Positions 26,078-34,848 of a DNA stretch of 34,848 bases are shown in pieces. The position numbers and the translations under genes are program-made. Location of the stretch: NCBI GenBank assembly GCA_000697335.1, contig JNEM01011142.1, forward strand, positions 1-34,848, in the 5' to 3' direction. The stretch comes from Conidiobolus incongruus B7586. Taxonomy: Eukaryota. Position 1 is the stretch's first letter; every line of letters starts with the position of its first letter. The notes beneath the pieces are model-generated. The model saw nothing but the letters and a program-made list of their open reading frames with translations, was not told where the DNA came from and did no database searches.

Positions 26078-27011
26078 TCACTTTTTGCGAATTCCAATGA
26101 AGTACTGAACGTAAGTAAAGGGTAAAAATCCCTGAAAACTACCATTTTTAAACTCCCAATTCTTTTTCATTTTAAGGCCTTGAGTCAATTTAGTAGTCTC
26201 ATCGAGTGTACGAGCTCTCGCGCACGATACAAATGTATTGAATAACACTAATAGGACATTGATGGGGATAATATACACGAAGAATAATTTGGTTAGAGAT
26301 AGTGGACGAATGACGAAGGGAGCAGTGAACCACATTAAGAGTGGAATGAAAATTGCCATCAATAGCATAAAACTGAAATCTCTTCTATTCGTTTCAATGA
26401 TCCTAAACAAATTAATATATTAGTATTCAGCTCAAATATCTCAATATTGCAATTAAATATTACATAAACCCTTCATCATTATCTAAACAATCCTTGATAA
26501 TCTTCTTAGCATAAAAGTTGTTAAATTGGTTAAAGCTCAAGCGGAAAGTTTTGAAAGTAGCCTTATCATTATCCACATATAAAGTCCTAGGATTGGTGGC
26601 ATCAACAGAATCTCCTACGAAACTAATATTGGGATGATCTTGACTAATTTGCTTCCAGTGGTTTAATTGAGGAACGAAGTCAGTCAGGTAGAATTTCACA
26701 TTTTGTAAATCTTCATTCTCATTAATCTTATCAGATATCAAAGGAAGGGTGTTACCACTTCCACTACAGCAATCAACCACAATCACATCTTTACCAGTTC
26801 TCTTTTGGATTTTCAGCAATGCCTCTGTCATAGGTTTGATAAGTTGAGTATAAATAGGAGCGGAACGCTCCTCCAAGCGGGGGAAAAATTTGGACAAAAT
26901 TTTAGGGGGTGCTAAAGTCCAGAATAGATAAGTGTAATTGTCTAAAACATCTGTAAAAGCTGGTGGAATAGATTCCTGATAATTAGTTTCAAATAATTGC
27001 TTTCTTTTCAT
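26078..27011 (-). CDS. Class I SAM-dependent methyltransferase-like protein with C-terminal hydrophobic segments, 2 exons, 290 aa
   Basis: Exons 27011-26464 and 26402-26078 are joined by a 61-bp GT-AG intron (26463-26403), giving DEGFMIIETNRR. Motif I VVDCCSGSG, LTDFVP and VDATN are present, followed by hydrophobic helices (LLMAIFIPLLMWF; LFFVYIIPINVLLVLF). Confidence 0.85.
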
Positions 27012-27880
27012 TGATATTTTTTTTCAATCAGTTTTTTATTTCTCAGGGCAGATGTATCATGGATTGAAGATGATACTCCCTTTTTATATCTTTGGTAACA
27101 TATGATAATCTTGAATACTTAATTTCAGGGGTATTTTTTAGTTAGATTTTTATTTTTCATTTAATTTTATTGGGTTATATTAATCGGTTAATTGTTGATC
27201 GAATTGAAAAAAAATTCCAAGCTTAACTAAGATAAATAATATACTATTTTGAATTTTAAGATATTAAAATGAATGGAGAGTTAGATAACGATTATGTTGG
27301 TATTATCACAACAATAGTTATTTAAACAGTTTAATTCATTGTTTTAATTAATATTCAATACTTGAAATTGATTAAATCATCGTTACAATTGTGATCAATT
27401 GTCATAATATAGTTCTTGTACAGTGATTATTATACTTATTGCATGAAAAATCAAAGCATAAAAATTAGATTTTTTATTGATATGATGTTTATAGAATATA
27501 ATTCTTAATTTAATTATTATTTGAACCTTTTATTATGAACTAATTGCTACAAGCTTCAGTTATTTCTGAAATTATTTTAATATACAATGTAACTAAATAA
27601 ATTTTAACGATCTAAACTAGTACTAATAATTTTTCGTTTGTCAACCTAAGTAGATGTGAAATAATTTGTAATCAAAATTACTTTATTCTTATAAAAACAC
27701 CTTTTAACCTATTATATTTATTTAATCATTATATTACTTTCAATTCTCCTATTAATTATTATTTTAGTTATATTGCTTTCAATCATATTTTATTATATAT
27801 CAGAATTCAAAAATTCTTATTGATTTTCATTTTTATTTTTTCTACTACCAATTATATATTAATTTTTGTTTATTTTTATG

Positions 27881-28180
27881 AGTTGATTAAGCATTATTCA
27901 GTGGGGATAAAGGCGCGAAAAGCAATCAATCATGCTTATCGTTAGTTGCTAACGTATCCGATTATTTCCCCAATTGTTGTTCATCATATGATGTGGGAGA
28001 AAACCAACTAACCTAGTAAAATTAATCGAAAAATCTAATATCACTTCTTAGGAGTCAACTTAAAAAGACGCCCAGCGTCCTACCAATTAATCATCTTCTT
28101 TTCATTCTATATTTTAGTTTATAATTTCATACTTTCTTAACCTCTGAATATTCTTAGATCATATATTTTTAAATTAAATC

Positions 28181-28233
<53 letters not shown>

Positions 28234-28430
28234 GATTACCATCAGCTAAATCATTTATTAAGACGATTCTTGTCTCAATAAAATAGAATAAATTGAACTC
28301 AAAACTTAGGAGACTGGCTAATCCGATGGACGAAAAAGTCAAAAAGATGACCTTCCACAAATCGAATAAATTGTTACCATTTTTAATTCTGAAAAAATAT
28401 GTTCGACAATGGTTAATGTATTCATGACCA
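27881..28430 (-). ncRNA. Candidate structured ncRNA with a 3' box C/D module (family not identified)
   Basis: GC- and CpG-elevated island without a credible ORF. On the - strand, box C ATGATGA (27987-27981) and box D CTGA (27901-27898) enclose a branched hairpin. Several further stems have G-U pairs that favour the - strand. Confidence 0.45.
28184..28229. repeat. (AG)23 microsatellite
   Basis: Perfect dinucleotide run read directly from the sequence. Confidence 0.98.
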
Positions 28431-28592
28431 ATATAACATAATAAAATTATTATCAATTTCTTTTGTAACAACTTTGTTTAGAAATTTTGTGTTGATTAGA
28501 AATATATGACTGTTATTTTATGAAAATGAGCAATAATACTAAACACTCATTATATATTTTGAATTTTTATTTATTAGTTCAGAAAGAAAGTA

Positions 28593-29787
28593 ATGACAAT
28601 TTTTTCAAACATATTGTTTGTTTTGAAAAATTAATTACATATAAAATATATCAAAGATTTAATATTTTCACTCTATATACATATATATAAATCATTTATA
28701 ATTATTTTTTTATTAAAATATTTTTTAATTAGTAATTGAAGGTTAAATTTAAATATATTTAAATTAAAATTATCAAAAAGTTTTTTATTTTAATATTATA
28801 AAAACTTAACTAAATAACTTTTTAAAATCAAATAAGATTAATATATAGTCTATAAAAATAATGTTTTATGTAAAATTACCATTTATTATTAAATTAATCA
28901 TTTTAAAATTAAAAGAGATATGGTTTAATATTTACTTAAATTTAAAAAATATATTTTAATATTATTTTTATCTTTAATTTAAATTAAAACAATATATTGA
29001 TATATATATTTTTAATTCAGTTAAAAAATTATATAAATATTTTATTATTAATTGAACCAATATATTATATATTAAATTTTAAATTTCAATTAATTAATAT
29101 ATTTAAAATAAATATTATTTAACTAAAACTTAGAAAAAACTAAAATCTGTAATTAAATAAAATTTATTCAAATAAAATTGAAAATAAAGGTTTTTATAAT
29201 AAATCATAATTTAATTAATCCTAAATTGTGTTATATAGTTATTCATTCAATAATGAAATATTAGATTTTGAAATAATATATTTTATTAATAAAAATATAT
29301 TAATTGCTATAATGAATTATATTAACATATAATTTTCTGATTTAGTTTTTAAAGATTAATTTATCAATAATAAATTCTATATTATTTTTAAATAAAATAA
29401 ATATTAATTAGTATTTTTATTATAAATTTAATATAAATATTATTTAATATAATAATTATAAAATATATAAACTTGAATTATAAAAGATTTTTTATATAAA
29501 AAAATTAAAAAATGTTATTATATCTAGTATATTCACTTGATTATGATATATATAAATATAATAGTTATATGTAATTAAAAAATATGCTTATAAGAACAAA
29601 TTCTTATTAATTAATTAAATTAGTTAATAAATACAAATTTAGGTTATTAACAAAAAACTATTTTTTAAATATTAGAAGATTATTAAAAGTATAGTAAAGC
29701 ACTCTTATTAAAAATAGAATATTAATTAATATTGTGTATTATTTTTTATAAATATTATATTAATATTTTTATTTCAATTTTTACCAC
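28593..29787 (+). mobile_element. Highly degenerate mariner, copy 3 (opposite orientation)
   Basis: 'ctagtatattcacttgattat' (~29524) and 'attatcaaaaag' (~28769) are reverse complements of copy-2 segments. Eroded TIR-like ends are TA|atgacaattttttcaaac and tttttaccac|TA, and the span is the same ~1.2 kb. Confidence 0.75.
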
Positions 29788-30766
29788 TAATTAATTTCTG
29801 TACTAATAATTCAATTTAGAGGTGTATAAAAATATTTGGTTTAAATTGTTATAAATAATATCTTTTATTTAGGTTCAAGTACATTATTTACTAATGTAAT
29901 ATTTTTAACTTATAGAGATTATAACAGTTAATATTTGAGTTACTCTTACTAATTAATCTATTGAAATTTTTCAATTAATTAGTATTTTAAAAATATTTAT
30001 TTAATGTATTGAAATTAATGATGAAATATTTTTAAATTTAAAATACCTATAATTAAAATAAACATATTAATTCATTAAATTAATTATCATGAACTATAAT
30101 ATCAACCATTCGATTTAATTAATGTTTTCTTGATTAAACCAATTCATATAATTAGCCACAATAGCAAACCTCAAAGCAAAATGTAAAGATCTTCCAGGTG
30201 ATCTAATGTACAAACAAATTAGTTTCCAATGTAATATCCAGTGCGATTAGTTTAAAAAAATACAAACCTAAATTGAAAATCCTGATCAAAAGTGTCTTTT
30301 TGGAAATCAGGGATAATAAAATTGTTGACACCTTAATTACTTATAAATTCCATATTCTTGCACTTGATTAAAATATTTTGAAAATTTAACCAATTAACAG
30401 TCAAATTGAAATTAATTTAAAAGGTACACAATTGAATTTTGCATCGTTGATCATTAAATCAATGTTTATTTATTGTTTATAAGTCCCTTTCATTGAAGCA
30501 AGCCATTGTACTAACTAAATAAAATAATGTACTTTATGATCTGCAGTCAATTTAATATTGATGTAATTTTACCCAAGGTTGTTAAAAATTGGTAATATTA
30601 TTTGAAAACTCTTGTATTTTAATTCAAATGAACCAAAATGGATATCAATTGATATTTATTATCAAAACACATTACAAAATTCAATGTGGAGGTAACAATG
30701 TTAATACTTAAAAAACAATATATATAATAAAAACTGGTATTTGGAAAAATATTTAATAGTTCAGAG

Positions 30767-31771
30767 ATGATAAAGATATCAATTATTATTTGTTATTTAT
30801 TCTTCTTTGTTAGATTATCAAGTCTAAATATCGTTGGATTATCAGAAATTTTTAACCCACATTTCGGGCCAGAGATATACTTTGCTGACTTGTTAGACTT
30901 GCCTGAAAGATGGTCAAAAGGCATACTCGAATTGTTTGATGACTCTGGTCCTATAAAACTTGATAAACCTACCAATGTTAAAATTCCGTCCTTAGACCGA
31001 GTTGAATTTCATCTAGAATCCGCTATTCGGCCTTATTGCTATTTGACCGATAAACTGTACGTAGAACATCTTGCAAGGGAATCTCAAGGATTGAAATTTT
31101 TAAGAGCCTTCACATCAATATATTATGGGGGTCTCGCAATAGTAATGGTTAGCGAAAGTACAAAAGAATTGATTGTGTCTCATAGAGGGAGTATCGATCT
31201 ACAGAATTGGATGAGGGATTTTAGCTTTGGAATGGTTACAGTTAAAGGATTTGATCAAGATATTAAAATTCACAATGGTTTTCATAGTAATTATATTAGT
31301 TATGCAGACGAATTAAATGCTTATTTATTCAAATTATTGCAAGATCAACGTTACAAAGATTTTAAGGTGATCATCACTGGCCACAGTTTAGGAGGAGCTA
31401 CAGCTGTGATTCATGCTGCTATACAAACTAAATACATTAGGGCTACTGGTCATGAGGTTGAGCTATTTTCATTTCACAGCCCTCGAGTTGGTAATAGGGC
31501 TTTTGTTGATTATGTAATCAGTTTAAATATTCCAATGGTCAGGTATACCAACAAAGGAGATATATTTAGTCAAATATTTTCTCGGAAGAAAGGTTATGTT
31601 CATATACCTGGAGAAGTGCATACACCATTCTTGTCAAAATCCTTTGATCCACCCATAATATGTGATCAAAGCTACGACGAAGATCCATATTGTCAATGGA
31701 AAGAACGCCAATTACTTAATCCTATCGATCATTTCTTTGGTTTTCATAAATTCATTGTCCCACCATGCTAA
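30767..31771 (+). CDS. Secreted class-3 lipase, 334 aa, intronless, paralog of 6389-7393
   Basis: Signal peptide, IVSHRGS, IHNGFH, ITGHSLGGA, FHSPRVGNRAF, NKGDIF and IDH. Confidence 0.93.
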   Translation: MIKISIIICYLFFFVRLSSLNIVGLSEIFNPHFGPEIYFADLLDLPERWSKGILELFDDSGPIKLDKPTNVKIPSLDRVEFHLESAIRPYCYLTDKLYVEHLARESQGLKFLRAFTSIYYGGLAIVMVSESTKELIVSHRGSIDLQNWMRDFSFGMVTVKGFDQDIKIHNGFHSNYISYADELNAYLFKLLQDQRYKDFKVIITGHSLGGATAVIHAAIQTKYIRATGHEVELFSFHSPRVGNRAFVDYVISLNIPMVRYTNKGDIFSQIFSRKKGYVHIPGEVHTPFLSKSFDPPIICDQSYDEDPYCQWKERQLLNPIDHFFGFHKFIVPPC

Positions 31772-32261
31772 ATTGACATCTATTATACCAATCTTATAAT
31801 AAATTATAATAGTCATTGAAACCAATTATGTATACAATTAATCAATTTATTCGATGATATTAAGTTACCACTATAATATAGTATATTAGTATATCTTTAT
31901 CACTTGAATTGATTTTTTATAATATCAATGTTTGATGATATACTCAAGGGATATTTCTCACTATCATTTATAATCTATTTTATAATTTTTTCCTCTTTGT
32001 TTCTCAAGTTTATAATGTTTCAAATAATTTTATGAAATCTTATAAAAAATTAATAATGTTGTTTGAATAAATATACTCAATAATAGAAATTTGGTAATGG
32101 ATAATCAATATTATTGCTCAATTCATAAATTTCAAGTATACTATAAAAAAAACTATTTAACTAGAGGATATACCATGTCGAGTGATTTATATATGATTAT
32201 AATCAGTTTTTTACACCATATTTGTGTATAATCTTGATCAATATATATATATATAATAAAT

Positions 32262-32677
32262 ATGAAATCTTTGTCAATATTTTCGTTGTTTTAGTTTCAA
32301 AAATTGAAAGTTTTTATGATTGTGACAACCGTCACTGTGAAAATAAATAGGCTTTTAGAGTTTAAACAGGGAATCGCCAGTGGTAAACAATAGGTTACCA
32401 CAAAATTAGGGGAAATTAATGGGATTCACCAAATTAGGTGAAAATAGCTTACTGCGAATAAAGTAAATACTCAATACTTTTGTGAGTGTTACGAGAATAA
32501 CTTAGAGACTGGATACTTTTGAAATGGTAGAAAGATGAGATAATTAAGTGATAGGTTCAACCAGTTCATGAAATGAGGTACCTCCAATGTGACTTCTTGA
32601 ATCAGAGTGGTAATTGGGGTTCCTTGAGTGATGGTCAAGATTATTCCCCATCACTTGAAAGAATTTGAGCACTTTAA
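32262..32677 (+). pseudogene. Probable pseudogene of a small secreted protein
   Basis: GC-elevated island starting ATG AAA TCT. After a frameshift it reads as a signal-like FVVLVSKIES, then FYDCDNRHCENK*...VQPVHEMRYLQCDFLNQSGNWGSLSDGQDYSP with several stops. Confidence 0.4.
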
Positions 32678-34848
32678 ACGAAATTTATAAAGATTAATTT
32701 TTCTTTGATTATTAATCCTTTCAAGCATATTTAAAGTGTAAAACATATCTATATCAAGTATTACATTAAAAAATATATTTTGATATATACAATTTAATTC
32801 AATGAATTTTTTTTCAATTGTATTTATCATATTTAAAATATATCAGAATTACTTTTCACAAATTTGATTATGTATAATATCTTAATTTCGAAAATTTCGA
32901 TTATCTTCTTAATATTCTAATGAAATACATTTATTTTTACTAGAATTCCTGTTTCCTACCTAATTATTAGCCTTCCACGTTAATTGCTTAGACTTTTCTT
33001 TGTTCATAAACCTGTTTGTAATCAGTTGATCCGAAATAAATTGAAATTTTCATATTTTGGTTCAATTCAATAAGATTATAATTCGATTTAAAACTAAATT
33101 CATTTGAAAAATTGTATTCATCTTATTAATTGAACATTTTATTATATGGATATTATTTTAAATAATCATATTCTCTAATATCAACCTAATATTTTATTTT
33201 CCATCCAAACTATTATAAAATGAAAGGAGAAGCCTATTAAATTATATATAAATTGATATTGGTATAAATCATTACTTAAATAAAAACCAGTTATTATAAG
33301 TTAATCTTTATAATAATAAAATATTATAAATTCTTCGAATTATTAGCATTTTTTATTGATATATATAATAATAATTAATAATACAAAATTAAAACAAAAA
33401 ATATCAAGCCTTAAAAATTATTATAATAGAATAATAATTTTTAAATAATAATAAAAATTTATAAACAAAATATATTAATTAATTAAAAGAATACATAATA
33501 TATTTTGAATTTAAATTTATTTTTAATATCAACATCAATAATTGAATATAAATTTATAAAATATACAGTTGTAGATCCAATTTTTTACATAAATTAATTC
33601 AATCAGTCTAATTTAAAATATAATTTTAATATTGATAAATTTTTAATTAAATAAATGATAAGGGACTTTATATTAATCAATATTTATTATATTTAAAATC
33701 GTTAATTAGAAAATGTGAGCTTATATTATATTTAAATTAATTACATTATTATTTTAATTAAAATCAGAGTTGGTTTTTTGATCTAAATTATCAATTTATT
33801 AAATATTTTGGTATTTGATTATAAATTTCTGAATTATTATTATACTTAATATTATATATAAAGTAATATAAAACTAATAAGATCATATATTAATATGATA
33901 TCAACAATATCTCTGACAAACCTTAATTAAAATTATAATAATTGATAATTATGTATAAATATTTTTATTAATTTAAAAAATATTTTAATATATGAAATTT
34001 TTAAGAAAATTTTAGCGTAAAAAATTTGAATCTATATTGATATTTTGTTTTAATAATAATTCGGAATAAATATACTAAAAATGAACTGAGTAGATTTTAC
34101 ACTCAGTTATTATATTTAGAATAATAGTATATCAAAATATTCTTAACAACTTATTATAAAGTTAGTTTATTAAACTCTTGTATATAATTCTATGTTAATA
34201 ATAACTTATTAATAACAAAGTAATTAATGCTTATTATATGAACTTAGTTATATAGATAGCATAAATTTAACTTATTATTCTATCCTAGTGTTGGAAACTA
34301 GAGTATTTATATTAATATTTTTTATGAAGTTAGATCACTTGGGATGTTTAGATAAACAAATTAAAGGAAATTAATTATTAGTTTTTTTAAAAGTAATTTC
34401 ATATGGCTATAAAAGTAAATTTATTAAGAAATAGATAATTTAAGTAAGATAAAATAAAAAGTAAATTATAGGCAAATCTAAATAAAAAGATAGAAATATA
34501 AGTAGTTATTAAATAGGAATATTATATAATAACTATAGTCTCACTTATTTTCTAATTATTATTATATATTTCCATTATTATTTTTTTAGAGTCAATAATA
34601 TTTTTTTGAATATTATAATTTTATTAAGTTAATCAATATATATCAGATAATAGATTAGTTTTAATTGATACTTATAAAATTTAAATAGAATCATTAATAT
34701 ATTATTTTAATTATGTTATATATAGTTTTAACCTTATTATATATTATTTTGATTTTAATTCTAATAAATATTATATAATTAATATTAAAAGTACTGATAT
34801 ATTAAAGTTCTCTTTATATATTTAAATAAATAATATATTTAAAATAAA

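Noticed and set aside
27881..28100. Identification as U3, U14, U13, RNase P/MRP, SRP RNA or a hammerhead ribozyme
   Set aside because: I could not find the diagnostic motifs (U3 boxes A/B, U14 domain A, paired CR-I/CR-V, SRP helix 8, CUGAUGA/GAAA core) in the right arrangement.
28169..28471. 100-aa ORF ending in an SLSLSL run
   Set aside because: TTG start, the tail is a translated microsatellite, and there is no recognisable domain; an ncRNA or non-coding reading is preferred.
1..34848. CRISPR arrays, tRNA or rRNA genes, prokaryotic systems
   Set aside because: I saw no regularly spaced repeats, cloverleafs or rRNA signatures; the DNA is eukaryotic with spliceosomal introns.

Overview
Very AT-rich eukaryotic DNA with short (56-61 bp) GT-AG introns and fungal-type proteins. 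It most likely comes from an early-diverging fungus such as an entomophthoralean (Conidiobolus-like); this is an inference. Five genes are intact: two intronless 334-aa secreted class-3 lipases (6389-7393 -, 30767-31771 +), a small secreted Gly/Asn-rich protein with RR cleavage sites (16743-17189 -), a 3-exon P5B ATPase (Ypk9/ATP13A2-like, 18462-22544 -) and a 2-exon SAM-methyltransferase-like membrane protein (26078-27011 -). Between them lie at least two lipase pseudogenes, three dead ~1.2-kb DD34D mariner copies and one Tc1 element with ~223-bp IR/DR ends. Main points of interest: (1) the transposons show a RIP-like C->T hypermutation signature (the Tc1 frame has 12 stops and no frameshift, at CpA and CpG sites); (2) an ORF-poor, CpG-containing, stem-rich island at ~27.9-28.4 kb ends in a box C/D module and may be an unannotated long ncRNA; (3) a Kex2-type two-repeat, amyloid-like secreted peptide precursor; (4) a 225-bp apparent gene-conversion tract between a lipase and its mariner-disrupted pseudogene. 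All alignments, translations and foldings were done by eye.
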